NCBI RefSeq assembly: GCF_964204645.1
Contig: NC_134025.1
Coordinates: 186,001-250,000 of the forward strand
Direction: 5' to 3'
Length of the DNA stretch: 64,000 bases
DNA from: Tubulanus polymorphus
Taxonomy: Eukaryota; Animalia; Nemertea
Made by a program: the position numbers and the translations under genes. Below, in pieces: positions 15,201 through 30,200 of the stretch (position 1 is its first letter; each line of letters starts with the position of its first letter). The notes under the pieces were generated by a model. That model saw only the letters and a program-made list of their open reading frames with translations. It searched no databases and had not been told where the DNA came from.

Positions 15201-18200
15201 AACTGACTTACTTGTCGTCGTTAGTATGACAGTTAAGAGCAGACGTCTCGCGACTCAGTATATCATCTAAACGACCGTATGGTAAATTACGACCTTCCGA
15301 TGACGATACGACTACTAAACCATATTGAGCTGGATTCACCCATTCAAACGCACTTCTATAACATATATACATATATACAGTCAGTGAAAGAGAGAGGGGA
15401 GAGGAGAGGGAGCGGGGAGGGAGGAGAGAGGGGAGGGAGGATAGGGGAGAGGAGAGGGAGAGGAGGGAGAATAGGGGAGAGGAGGGAGAGGAGGTAGGAG
15501 AGCCGGGGAGAGAGGAGAGGGGAGGGAGGAGAGAGGGGAGGGGGAGATGGAGAGAATCAAAAAAATATCTACCATCAAAATGAAGATTATCAATCAGAAT
15601 TTATAGTCTGTTCTTGTTGTCTGAATATATTGACTGTTTTAATTTATGGCTAGTCTCAACAGATGAGAATCAAGCAACTAATGTGGAACACACTGGTGGA
15701 ACACACCGTGGAACACACTATAGAGAGGGGACGGATGAGGGCAGGGGTAAAACACGTACCTGGCATTCGTTCCGATCCAATAAATAATTCCATTCTCGTC
15801 GAAGTCTCGTTGATGATTGAATTTCAGATGAATATTTGATTCTTTCAGTCGTTTTACAAAATTAATCGTGTTACGTTCAAAATCATACCATTGCTTAGCA
15901 ACCTATAACAATACAATACGTTATTGATCTCTGAAAGCAGACGGATGCAGCCAGACGGACGCAGCCAGACGGATATTTAATGATTGATTCTTTTACTCAC
16001 CATTTTGAGTAAATATCTCTCGAGAGCTCCGACTGTAGTCAGTGGCTCCATCTTTAGGTTACGACCAGATCTATCGATGAGTGATGTTTCACCGGACGAC
16101 CGTTGCAGACGGAAACGCAATCGACGAGTTAATATCTAACAACAATACAATAAATAACGGTCGTGTATCAGGTGCATAGTCACGGAAATTCAATACTTGT
16201 GTTCATACTATTTACATCAATCTAGTTTTTGTAAAATTTTCATCGAGAGAGATGAAAATTCAACACAGTTTTCATCAAATATTCAATCAGTTTTTTAATT
16301 GTGAGTCAATGGACAACTGATTATGTGAAGAACCAAGACTTTGTAAAAAATCTAAGGAGTTTCAAGGAATTCTAGAGTAGTTTCTCAAGTTTAGGGGAGA
16401 TTAAAGGTCATTGAAAAAAATCCGTCAACCGAAAGGAGTTTTCAAGGAATCAAGGAGTAGATGATCCTAGTATGAACTGGGAATACAGATAAATACAGAC
16501 CTGTAATCCATATCCAGATCCTGACGTATCGTAGGAAAACACAGGCAGTTTCTCAATAGATTCTAAAACTGATATCAGTTTCCTGATAAACGCTACAAAC
16601 GGACTCGTAGATCTAAAAATAGAAATAATACCACGGTTTGAGAGCCTGTAGATAATTACTGTAGCATTCAAACCACGGTTTGAGAGCCTGTAGATAATTA
16701 CTGTAGTTATCAAACCACGGTTTGAGAGCCTGTAGATAATTACTGTAGTATTCAAACCACGGTTTGAGAGCCTGTAGATAATTACTGCAGTATTCAAACC
16801 ACGGTTTGAGAGCCTGTAGATAATTACTGTAGCATTCAAACCATGGTTTGAGAGCCTGTAGATAATTACTGTGGTATTCAAACCACGGTTTGAGAGCCTG
16901 TAGATAATTACTGTGGTATTCAAACCACGGTTTGAGAGCCTGTAGATAATTACTGTAGTATTCAAACCACGGTTTGAGAGCCTGTAGATAATTACTGCGG
17001 TATTCAAACCACGGTTTGAGAGCCTGTAGATAATTACTGTAGTATTCAAACCACGGTTTGAGAGCCTGTAGATAATTACTGCGGTATTCAAACCACGGTT
17101 TGAGAGCCTGTAGATAATTACTGTAGCATTCAAACCACGGTTTGAGAGCCTGTAGATAATTACTGTAGTATTCAAACCACGGTTTGAGAGCCTGTAGATA
17201 ATTACTGTAGCATTCAAACCACGGTTTGAGAGCCTGTAGATAATTACTGCAGTATTCAAACCACGGTTTGAGAGCCTGTAGATAATTACTGTAGTATTCA
17301 AACCACGGTTTGAGAGCCTGTAGATAATTACTGTAGTAATCAAACCACGGTTTGAGAGCCTGTAGATAATTACTGTAGTATTCAAACCACGGTTTGAGAG
17401 CCTGTAGATAATTACTGTAGTATTCAAACCACGGTTTGAGAGCCTGTAGATAATTACTGTAGTATTCAAACCACGGTTTGAGAGCCTGTAGATAATTACT
17501 GTAGTATTCAAACCACGGTTTGAGAGCCTGTAGATAATTACTGTAGTATTCAAACCACGGTTTGAGAGCCTGTAGATAATTACTGTAGTATTCAAACCAC
17601 GGTTTGAGAGCCTGTAGATAATTACTGCAGTATTCAAACCACGGTTTGAGAGCCTGTAGATAATTACTGTAGTATTCAAACCACGGTTTGAGAGCCTGTA
17701 GATAATTACTGCAGTATTCAAACCACGGTTTGAGAGCCTGTAGATAATTACTGTAGTATTCAAACCACGGTTTGAGAGCCTGTAGATAATTACTGTAGTA
17801 TTCAAACCACGGTTTGAGAGCCTGTAGATAATTACTGTAGTATTCAAACCACGGTTTGAGAGCCTGTAGATAATTACTGCAGTATTCAAACCACGGTTTG
17901 AGAGCCTGTAGATAATTACTGTAGTAATCAAACCACGGTTTGAGAGCCTGTAGATAATTACTGTAGTATTCAAACCACGGTTTGAGAGCCTGTAGATAAT
18001 TACTGTAGTATTCAAACCACGGTTTGAGAGCCTGTAGATAATTACTGTAGTATTCAAACCACGGTTTGAGAGCCTGTAGATAATTACTGTAGTATTCAAA
18101 CCACGGTTTGAGAGCCTGTAGATAATTACTGTAGTATTCAAACCACGGTTTGAGAGCCTGTAGATAATTACTGTAGTATTCAAACCACGGTTTGAGAGCC

Positions 18201-21200
18201 TGTAGATAATTACTGCAGTATTCAAACCACGGTTTGAGAGCCTGTAGATAATTACTGCAGTATTCAAACCACGGTTTGAGAGCCTGTAGATAATTACTGT
18301 AGTTATCAAACCACGGTTTGAGAGCCTGTAGATAATTACTGCAGTATTTAAACCACGGTTTGAGAGCCTGTAGATAATTACTGCAGTATTCAAACCACGG
18401 TTTGAGAGCCTGTAGATAATTACTGTAGTAATCAAACCACGGTTTGAGAGCCTGTAGATAATTACTGTAGTAATCAAACCACGGTTTGAGAGCCTGTAGA
18501 TAATTACTGTAGAATTCAAACCATGGTTAAGACTTACTCATCATCGTGCTCGGCGCCGGTAAATGCACATTTAAACACATTGATTCTTTCTTGTACTAAA
18601 CGCGTTGTTTCTGTGTCGTTCATAGCTTCATTATTCTAAATAAACACGAGCAAAATAGTTTACACAAAATATCCACACAAACAGGGAGATATTCCCGCTA
18701 CACAGGTTACTATTCATGTACTCACGTAATCAAGGCAGTTGAGCATAGCTTGTACTAAACCACTACTATGTAACTCATAAGCTGAGATCATCTGTTCGTC
18801 TTTTAATAAATATGTGAATTCATTAAGAGCGTTGTTTAATTCATCTTTCCATTCGGGTTCTTCATCGGTCTACAATATATATAATTATACAGCGTGAATA
18901 CATTGAAGTGTTATCACAGTAGAATGAAAGGGGATTCACCTCAACATCTCAATCACTTATACTTAGTTAATTCAATTAGAAATATAAATATAGAGATGAC
19001 TTCAGTAATATGATAACCCCATTCAACTCCCATCTCTGACCAAATTCTGAGGTATATTTGAAACCAGATTTAAACCATTTGAAATGAACTGATTTCAACT
19101 GCTAGGAGTAAAACTGAACTGAGGGCGAACAGCGTGGCAGAGATTAATAATTACCTGTAGTTCGATAGCTGATTCCATACGTTGCACGATACTACATAGT
19201 TTAGCTACCACCCCTCTCGGAGTGGCCTGTGCCACTTTGAAATGATCATCGTATAATTCACGCGCCAAAACTTTTATCTACAACAGATATATTCAGTACA
19301 GGTTATCAGATATCACAGACAAGCACGGCCGGTTTTATAAAGTGACTTCAATTAAAATGTGTTAGTCACGATAAGACAACGTTAGGCCTCAAGGTTCTAA
19401 AAACCATGATTCAGAATATTCATGTATTTCACCGGTTCAGGGTCAAATCATGAATTCTCTTTCAGATACAGGAAAATGAGTCGACAATTGACTTCACTAA
19501 AACTAGTTTAATATTCTCAATATTATTCTTGTTTGAAGAGTTGAATCAGTTTTAGTATATTTACCTTCTGTCGAACTGCCTCCACTTTAGATCGGTATTT
19601 TTTACTTCGTTTACCCGTCCAGCCGGGAGCGAAATCACTTCCTAGCGACGTCTCTGCCGTAAACGAGTGCTTCGTCCCTCGATTCGATTCAAATATAAAA
19701 CCCGGTAAATCTTCACGTAGTATCGTCGCCTAGCAACAAATAACAATATAGTTATAACATGCACAATAACAATTGACGACTAATTTCAGGATCCAGTTCA
19801 GCAGGGAAATAAAACATTAATGTACTCATCATATTCAATCATTTATTTGAAGATTTGGTCTAAAATGAGAACAGGGTCCGCTGTTGTAAACCAGTGGATA
19901 GTTGACATAGTGACAATTAAAACTTGTTACTATGGTGTTTATCTACCAGTTAACTTAACCAACTTTTAAGCGACTGCAGCTCCAGAAATTTTAGTTAAAT
20001 CATTCTGTTGAACTGGTGGCAGGTGTGATGTAGTGTTGAACTTACTTGTTGTCCATCAGAGTTGTGAATTACGAGTTCTGATGGTTTTTTACAGGATATC
20101 GACCAATTACCGACCGTTATTCTAGACGGACTCATTCCGGATAAAACCGGTTGACTCAACATTCCTGTTCGAACTTGATTTCGAGCTCGCTGTAATTTCT
20201 CCAAGAATTCACCGCGATTTTCTGTAATATTCAATCAACTCTAAATCAACATTTATTCACGATTAATTTTCTGAAATTCACAAGTCACTTTAAGAGGATA
20301 TTATTAATGGGTTGAGGGTGTGTCTCATCTCGAGTAAGGGTCGAGAAACCAGAGAAAACCTTCAACCAAGAAACTAAAACCCTAACCAGGTTTCGAACCC
20401 ATGAAACCTGGATTGGTGAGAGACCAGTCACTGACCAGTGAGGCCAGTATAAAACTGACCAGTGAGGCCAGTATGACACTGACTAGTGAAGCCACTATGA
20501 GCCTCACTCTACTGTAAGTATCTTACCTGAACTATCAGATCCACCTTCAGGACTTCCACTAGAATACATCGTAGCTAGTTTACCGTCTAATATAAAACGG
20601 AACCAACCGTTGGAGCCGTTAGATAATTCTAAAGCAGCCGCGTCACTCCAGATATATAAACAATCTCTTCCTCGGGCTATACACCAATCCTTCCAGTTGT
20701 ACGGTTTACCTTGTAATATCTCTTTAGCATCTTCTACACTCGTCTCTTCATTCTGTTATAACAAAACATTCAATTACTGATTATATACAGTTCATTTAGA
20801 TAAACCCAGTCCTAGTTAAATAACCAGTTCAATGGTTGCTCAATTCACGCACAGATCCAGCAGCCAGATAGGACTTAACACATGAAATCTGGCTGCAAGG
20901 ATAGTTTTATGAATTTGTATATCTGATTAAAGCTACTCTGCAGATACAAATTATCAGAAACAGTTTCCTACATCGTCCAGTTTTCTTTGGAAAAATTTCA
21001 GCAAATCTTTTTTTTTCAAATCTATAAGATTGATCAGTTATTTCTATGTATCAGAAACTTGTTCAACTAAATACCTTATCATCAGATCGCGTAGAGTCAT
21101 CGTCATCTATACCGGGTCCGGCTAAAGCCATCACTTTATCAAATACACCTAACCTCGCAAAGTGTTCCAAAAATACATCGCGAGCTTTTGATATGAGATC

Positions 21201-24200
21201 CTGAATGACCTGTAGAGCCGTTAAATGTCCGTCTTCATCCTCCTTAAATAAACAATAAACTCCAGATACTCCTAGAGTAGAGACAAACAGTTGTAATCGG
21301 AGATTAAAGTACAGCGGGAGTATATTTTACCTCATGATCGAGAACCATAGCGAGAACCTCGGCTAATAACGACGCGTAATTTGGCTGCGAACATAATTCA
21401 ATAAGTACCGAATCACTGGCGTAATGAATCATCTTCTTAATCAATGATAAACTAGCTCTCCTGGAAAATATAAACTCATGGGCTCAATAAACTAGCTCTC
21501 CTGAAAAATATAAACTCATGGGCTGAATAAACTAGCTCTCCTGAAAAATATAAACTCATGGGGCTCGATAAACTAGCTCTCCTAAAAAATATAAACTCAT
21601 GGGCTCAATAAACTAGCTCTCCTGAAAAATATAAACTCATGGGCTCAATAAACTAGCTCTCCTAAAAAATATAAACTCATGGGCTCAATAAACTAGCTCT
21701 CCTAAAAAATATAAACTCATGGGCTCAATAAACTAGCTCTCCTAAAAAATATAAACTCATGGGCTCAATAAACTAGCTCTCCTAAAAAATATAAACTCAT
21801 GGGGCTCGATAAACTAGCTCTCCTGAAAAATATAAACTCATGGGCTCAATAAACTAGCTCTCCTGAAAAATATAAACTCATGGGCTCAATAAACTAGCTC
21901 TCCTAAAAATATAAACTCATGGGCTCAATAAACTAGCTCTCCTAAAAATATAAACTCATGGGGCTCGATAAACTAGCTCTCCTGAAAAATATAAACTCAT
22001 GGGCTCAATAAACTAGCTCTCCTGAAAAATATAAACTCATGGGCTCGATAAACTAGCTCTCCTAAAAAATATAAACTCATGGGCTCAATAAACTAGCTCT
22101 CCTGAAAAATATAAACTCATGGGCTCAATAAAATAGCTCTCCTGAAAAATATAAACTCATGGGCTCAATAAACTAGCTCTCCTAAAAAATATAAACTCAT
22201 GGGCTCGATAAACTAGCTCTCCTAAAAAATATAAACTCATGGGCTCAATAAACTAGCTCTCCTGAAAAATATAAACTCATGGGCTCAATTAACTAGCTCT
22301 CCTGAAAAATATAAACTCATGGGCTCAATAAACTAGCTCTCCTGGAAAATATAAACTCATGGGCTCAATAAACTAGCTCTCCTAAAAATATAAACTCATG
22401 GGCTCAATAAACTAGCTCTCCTAAAAATATAAACTCATGGGCTCAATAAACTAGCTCTCCTGAAAAATATAAACTCATGGGCTCAATAAACTAGCTCTCC
22501 TAAAAAATATAAACTCATGGGGCTCAATAAACTAGCTCTCCTGAAAAATATAAACTCATGGGCTCAATAAACTAGCTCTCCTAAAAAATATAAACTCATG
22601 GGGCTCAATAAACTAGCTCTCCTGAAAAATATAAACTCATGGGGCTCGATAAACTAGCTCTCCTAAAAAATATAAACTCATGGGGCTCAATAAACTAGCT
22701 CTCCTGAAAAATATAAACTCATGGGCTCAATAAACTAGCTCTCCTAAAAAATATAAACTCATGGGGCTCAATAAACTAGCTCTCCTGAAAAATATAAACT
22801 CATGGGCTCAATAAACTAGCTCTCCTAAAAAATATAAACTCATGGGGCTCAATAAACTAGCTCTCCTGAAAAATATACACTCATGGGGCTCGATAAACTA
22901 GCTCTCCTAAAAAATATAAACTCATGGGGCTCAATAAACTAGCTCTCCTGAAAAATATAAACTCATGGGCTCAATAAACTAGCTCTCCTAAAAAATAATA
23001 ACTCATGGGGCTCAATAAACTAGCTCTCCTGAAAAATATAAACTCATGGGGCTCGATAAACTAGCTCTCCTAAAAAATATAAACTCATGGGGCTCAATAA
23101 ACTAGCTCTCCTGAAAAATATAAACTCATGGGGCTCGATAAACTAGCTCTCCTAAAAAATATAAACTCATGGGGCTCAATAAACTAGCTCTCCTGAAAAA
23201 TATAAACTCATGGGGCTCAATAAACTAGCTCTCCTGAAAAATATAAACTCATGGGGCTCGATAAACTAGCTCTCCTGAAAAATATAAACTCATGGGGCTC
23301 GATAAACTAGCTCTCCTGAAAAATATAAACTCATGGAGCTCGATAAACTAGCTCTCCTGAAAAATATAAACTCATGGGGCTCGATAAACTAGCTCTCCTG
23401 AAAAATATAAACTCATGGGGCTCGATAAACTAGCTCTCCTGAAAAATATAAACTCATGGGGCTCGATAAACTAGCTCTCCTGAAAAATATAAACTCATGG
23501 GGCTCGATAAACTAGCTCTCCTGAAAAATATAAACTCATGGGCTCAATAAACTAGCTCTCCTAAAAAATATAAACTCATGGGGCTCAATAAACTAGCTCT
23601 CCTGAAAAATATAAACTCATGGGGCTCGATAAACTAGCTCTCCTAAAAAATATAAACTCATGGGGCTCAATAAACTAGCTCTCCTGAAAAATATAAACTC
23701 ATGGGCTCAATAAACTAGCTCTCCTAAAAAATATAAACTCATGGGGCTCAATAAACTAGCTCTCCTGAAAAATATAAACTCATGGGGCTCGATAAACTAG
23801 CTCTCCTGAAAAATATAAACTCATGGGGCTCGATAAACTAGCTCTCCTGAAAAATATAAACTCATGGAGCTCGATAAACTAGCTCTCCTGAAAAATATAA
23901 ACTCATGGGGCTCAATAAACTAGCTCTCCTGAAAAATATAAACTCATGGGGCTCGATAAACTAGCTCTCCTGAAAAATATAAACTCATGGGGCTCGATAA
24001 ACTAGCTCTCCTGAAAAATATAAACTCATGGGGCTCGATAAACTAGCTCTCCTGAAAAATATAAACTCATGGGCTCAATAAACTAGCTCTCCTAAAAAAT
24101 ATAAACTCATGGGGCTCGATAAACTAGCTCTCCTGAAAAATATAAACTCATGGGGCTCGATAAACTAGCTCTCCTAAAAAATATAAACTCATGGGGCTCA

Positions 24201-27200
24201 ATAAACTAGCTCTCCTGAAAAATATAAACTCATGGGCTCGATAAACTAGCTCTCCTAAAAAATATAAACTCATGGGGCTCAATAAACTAGCTCTCCTGAA
24301 AAATATAAACTCATGGGGCTCGATAAACTAGCTCTCCTAAAAAATATAAACTCATGGGGCTCAATAAACTAGCTCTCCTGAAAAATATAAACTCATGGGG
24401 CTCGATAAACTAGCTCTCCTGAAAAATATAAACTCATGGGGCTCAATAAACTAGCTCTCCTGAAAAATATAAACTCATGGGGCTCGATAAACTAGCTCTC
24501 CTGAAAAATATAAACTCATGGGGCTCAATAAACTAGCTCTCCTGAAAAATATAAACTCATGGGGCTCGATAAACTAGCTCTCCTGAAAAATATAAACTCA
24601 TGGGGCTCGATAAACTAGCTCTCCTGAAAAATATAAACTCATGGGGCTCGATAAACTAGCTCTCCTGAAAAATATAAACTCATGGAGCTCGATAAACTAG
24701 CTCTCCTGAAAAATATAAACTCATGGGGCTCAATAAACTAGCTCTCCTGAAAAATATAAACTCATGGGGCTCGATAAACTAGCTCTCCTGAAAAATATAA
24801 ACTCATGGGGCTCGATAAACTAGCTCTCCTGAAAAATATAAACTCATGGGGCTCGATAAACTAGCTCTCCTGAAAAATATAAACTCATGGGCTCAATAAA
24901 CTAGCTCTCAGACAAGAAATAATCAAATTTGATGATGTTGAGTTTGTGAGTATAAATACTGACCTGACTGAAGGTAACATTGTACTCTGATAAACACTTG
25001 TAAACTGCGGTAGTAAAGTCAATAAATATCGCGGAGCCATTTCTGGGTCTCCTTTAGGTTCGTCCGGTTCTATTTCTATTTCTGGTTGTTGAGGTTTTTT
25101 CTCCTCAGTAGGTGTCGCTACCGTCGCGTTGTTATCACTATTTGTAGGTTCTCTATTCGGGACTGCAACCATCCATTCTCCCGGTGATTGTAGAATCTGA
25201 ATGACCTCTCTGTGACCTTCGTCTCCTCGTTCCCGGGCTTTATCTAACGGAGTCTTACCATCTTCATCTCGTAAATCGGGATTAGCTCCGTATCTTAGCA
25301 ACGTCTATAACAATACATATTACAATTTGAATATTGAGTGTGATTTAGACCAGAAAGCCTGATGGTTCTAGGGGACTGAGGGTTCTAGGCGACTGATGGT
25401 TCAGGGAGGGGACTGAGGGTTCAGGCTACAGTGTAATAAAATCAACGTAGTGCTTATATTTTCAGGTAACCAAAAAACACGTATAGATATAAATATACTG
25501 TACTAAAAATACTATCATCACAGACTGGTTTTAATGATTTATTTATGATGTCGCATTGTGTGTATTACTCATAGTAACAGCAGGAATACACGCGTGTCAT
25601 ATAAACACACACATTCTCAACATCTGTTCTATATTTACTACTTAACTAATCGCAATAGATATCAGACCCTGTACTCGTATCATTGACCTTATCAGCCTGT
25701 AACCTGCAGCCCCCTATATCAGTCATTCAGTATTTCACCCGAGACTTTTTTATCAAAATTGAACTACAAACACCAGACTTATGATATTTTATACCAGACA
25801 TTTTTAACAATACATTAGACTTGATCAGCAAAATTTCAAAAACTGATCGTTCCACATTTGACACAACAACTAAATATGTGAGGTGTGCGGGATGTCTAAC
25901 GTAATTATAAATAGCTGGATTATGAGTCGAAATGAATGCTGATCTTTATTATAGAATGAATATTTTCAGTACCTTTACAATCTGTGGACGACCGAAGCAG
26001 GCTGCGTAGTGTAAAGATGAAGATCTCAAACCTCTGTTTACATCAGCCGAACGCTCGCATAGAAATTCAACCATCTCTTGAGTTCCGAAAGCTGACGCCC
26101 AATTCAACAACGTCTGACCGACATCATCCATAAAATTCACATCAAATCCTTCAATTTATCAAAATAAATACGTAATTTAACAATAATATTTCCATCATCT
26201 GCTTGAGGCATCAATGAAATGAATTCAGTTACACAAATCTTAAGTTAGACATTTCCTAAGCTTCAACTGAGGAGTCAAATATCAATTTTAGAACTGACTC
26301 CCACATAAGGGGTCTTAACTCATTAACTAATTTCATTTTCAATCTTCTCAGTTTTCAATTATTGTGATAATTTCTACAATTTTCTGGCAGGTAGCAGCAT
26401 TTATCATAAATCAATTTGGCTTTATTTTTTGGAAAGAGATAAAGACAATCGCATCAGAACCAAATCCACAGAGCTCAGATTTAACCGTGTAACTGGATGC
26501 TGTATTTACCTGTATCTACTGCATCAATAAGAGCATCGGTATCTTTACTTCTGATACAATCAATAAGTTGTCTATGAGATCGTTCACCAGCGCTGTCCAT
26601 ACGTCTCAAACCCGGTATACGACTGCAGATTCCTGCTGTACCTGATTTAGGTAAAGCTTTACGTCCTTCAAACAGTAAAACTAATAATAAATCTGATAAC
26701 CTCATCGTGTCCAAAACACATCTGAAAAACAGTGAATAAATACAATACACTGACAGTGATATCAATCAGGGGTGGGCTGATAGTCAAACCGTGGTTAGTG
26801 GCTTATCTGTGGTTAGGCTAACCGGCTTACAATAAGAGGCCACGCGAAGACAATGGTCATAGCTAACAGCGTTTTCCTGCGCCCATTTATGCCTAACTGC
26901 GGTCAGCACTAACAGGGTTTTCCAGGTTATGTAACTCATATCTTGATAATCTATTCTTGGAGCCTATTGTAGAAGGGAAGATCAGCGCGGCTGCTTTCAA
27001 ACCATTTACAAATTTCAAAGAGTTTTCTCTGATTTCTCTACGTCACACAAGACCAAATTTCCTGAGTGAATCAGCAGATGAATGGAAAGATCTCTTTGTT
27101 TGAAATGTTACCATTAATTTTTTCATGAATCTTGCCTGAAGAAACGTGTGGTTAATAACATATCAGTATTCCAGGTCAGTGGCGCCACCGTGTGTTCCGA

Positions 27201-30200
27201 TTCGTAACTGATGACTGCACGGATAATTCAACTCACCTTTCATCTCCTTTCAACGCGCATTCAATAGCTTCAGGTAGAGATGATCTCAACATGTTATGAG
27301 TGACTCCCGGTGAACCTCGGCATAACGTAGACAATAAACTAATCACAGTAGATATACTAGGACTACTCTTAGTCTCCGGAGTAGCGGCACTTGCTCCGGG
27401 AGTAGCCGGAGTATTACCGGGTCCTCCGGCGTTGGATAAACGTTGGAGTAGATCATCGACTAGACCGTGTTGAGCGAGAGGAGCTGGATCTACATTCCTC
27501 CGGGTGAATCTATCAGCAAGAGACGCAAAACATCTCAACGCTCCATCAGCAACCTGTAATATATACACACAACTGAGACAGTTAGACACACAGGGTACTG
27601 TATGGGGTGCATGAAGACTGCTGATTGGGTAACACTGAGGGAGGCTGGACAGATTCACTGGGCTACCCATCGGGTATTGCCCTCACCCTCCCCCGCTGTG
27701 GGAGGATGGACAGCATACAGGGCACTGGAGGGGTGCATGAAGACTGCTGATTGGGTAACGCTGAGGGAGGCTGGACAGATTCACAGGGCTACCCATCGGG
27801 TATTGTCCTCACCCTCTCCTGCTGTGGGAGGATGGACAGCATACAGGGCACTGTGTAGGGGTGCATGAAGACTGCTGATTGGGTAACACTGAGGGAGGCT
27901 GGACAGATTCACAGGGCTACCCATCGGGTATTGCCCTCACCCTCCCCCGCTGCGGGAGGATGGACAGCATACAGGGCACTGGAGGGGTGCATGAAGACTG
28001 CTGATTGGGTAACACTGAGGGAGGCTGGACAGATTCACAGGGCTACCCATCGGGTATTGCCCTCACCCTCTCCCGCTGCGGGAGGATGGACAGGATACAG
28101 GGCACGGGAGGGGTGCATGAAGACTGCTGATTGGGTAACACTGAGGGAGGCTGGACAGATTCACAGGGCTACCCATCGGGTATTGCCCTCACCCTCCCCC
28201 GCTGCGGGAGGATGGACAGCATACAGGGCACTGGAGGGGTGCATGAAGACTGCTGATTGGGTAACGCTGAGGGAGGCTGGACAGATTCACAGGGCTACCC
28301 ATCGGGTATTGCCCTCACCCTCTCCTGCTGCGGGAGGATGGACGGCATACAGATTCACAGTTGTTCTGCAGCTTTACTGTTTTTATTACATCTTATTTTG
28401 GATTTATTGTCACTTCTCAAATGAACCATGACTTAAAACAGCAGCATAAAATGATTGTTGGTTGAAATCGTTCCTGAGACCCGTGAAATTCTGTGGGATA
28501 TTTATTCATTTGTGAAATGGTATTAAAACCAGGTAAATGATAGAAATTGACAAACGCTCTTTATTTCATCAATCATTTTATTATGGGAAAAGTTAATTAG
28601 TGATTAGCACATTGAGTTGTTTATTTGCTGCAGCAAATTAGAAATTCTAAAATGCTTTAGGTGCTGAAAGTGTCATGGCATGGCATGGCCTGTAGCCACC
28701 CACAACAATCAACTATGACTTTAATTGAATTCAGTTAAAGTGACCAGTGACATCACAGTCACTCATGACAAGCAGCTAACCCTAAGCCTAGGTCAGGTGA
28801 CCAGTGACATCACAGTCACTCAGGTCAAGCAGCTAACCCTAACCCTAGGTCAGGTGACCAGTGACATCACAGCCACTCAGTACTGGTAGCTAACCCTAAC
28901 CCTAGGTCAGCTGACCAGTGACATCACAGTCACTCAGTACTAACAGCTAACCCTAACCCTAGGTCAGCTGACCAATGACATCACAGTCACTCAGTACTAA
29001 CAGCTAACCCTAACCCTAGGTCAGCTGACCAATGACATCACAGTCACTCAGTACTAGCAGCTAACCCTAACCCTAGGTCAGCTGACCAGTGACATCACAG
29101 CCACTCATGACAAGCAGCTAACCCTAACCCTAGGTCAGCTGACCAATGACATCACAGTCACTCATGACAAGCAGCTAACCCTAACCCTAGGTCAGGTGAC
29201 CAGTGACATCACAGTCCCTCAGTACTAGCAGCTAACCCTAACCCTAGGTCAGCCAGTGACATCACAGTTGAGCAGGCAAATGACCTTTGCTGACACAGAT
29301 TCAGATACAATCATACCTACACTGTGTATAGTGGATATATTATACAGTAGATACAGGATACACAATACAGGATACATTGGATACACAATACAGTGGATAG
29401 AGTGGATACACAATACAGTGGATAGAGTGGATACACAATACAGTGGATAGAGTGTAACTTACAAATTGATCTTCATGTTTCAGTAAAGTAGACAGAGACT
29501 CTACACATGATGCTAATGAAACGTCTTGTGGCTCCATCTTTCCGCAAAGACGAGAAACGACAGACATCGCTGAGTGTAAGGTATCTTTATGAACCTGTGA
29601 TCCGTGTTCTCTGATGAACGTCAGAACGCAGTTTAAACCGGATGATTCAAATACGGCTCCAGATTCTCGTGTACAAATCAATTCTAACACCTATAACACA
29701 ATAAACTCACATCAGTAAAACAGTCTACAGTCACTACAGAGGAACCTCGTTATAACAATATCAGATATATCGATTTTTTGATTATTACAAACATAGAATT
29801 TCATCCCGACTGAGACAATCTTAGATTTTACTACAGTTTATATTACCTTCCCACTGACAATGTGGTGCTAGATTTACTAAACATTAGAGGTGACATGTCA
29901 TATGTTACTGTTCAAATCACCAGAGTTGTTCATGACTTAATTTGCTAGTGAGCCGAGGTTCTACTGTATATAGAGCTCAGTTATAACGAACAGATTTTTG
30001 GGTTCACTGAAGTTCGTTGTAACGAGGTTCCATTAGATTAAAACTTTCCGCATCTATTCCTGGAGTAAATAAATCTCTTACCTTGATACATTGTTCGGCT
30101 AAATCGAGACTAGTACGAGATGAAATCTCCACGACAACCAGACGATTACAGATAGCTTTAATAGCGCCATCTACAGCCACGATACGTCGAGTACATTCAG

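Noticed and set aside
16450-18519. 689-aa repeat ORF in frame with the downstream HECTD1 exon (possible intron retention or giant exon)
   Set aside because: It is simply a stop-free 42-bp unit. Read-through from the upstream exon hits GAG TAA at the donor, and normal splicing restores HECTD1 (HDDE|STSPF).
21449-24908. CRISPR-like appearance of the 25-44-bp arrays
   Set aside because: The units are head-to-tail with no unique spacers and no cas genes, in a eukaryotic intron context.
27602-28431. Plus-strand 42-aa repeat protein ([13 protein letters not shown]...)
   Set aside because: It is the translation of a 126-bp intronic tandem repeat antisense to HECTD1, with no gene signals.
28775-29250. 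Telomeric (CCCTAA/TTAGGG) motifs, also at ~51615 and ~60560-60595
   Set aside because: There are only 2-3 units per site, embedded in other repeats. This is not a telomere or a fusion site.
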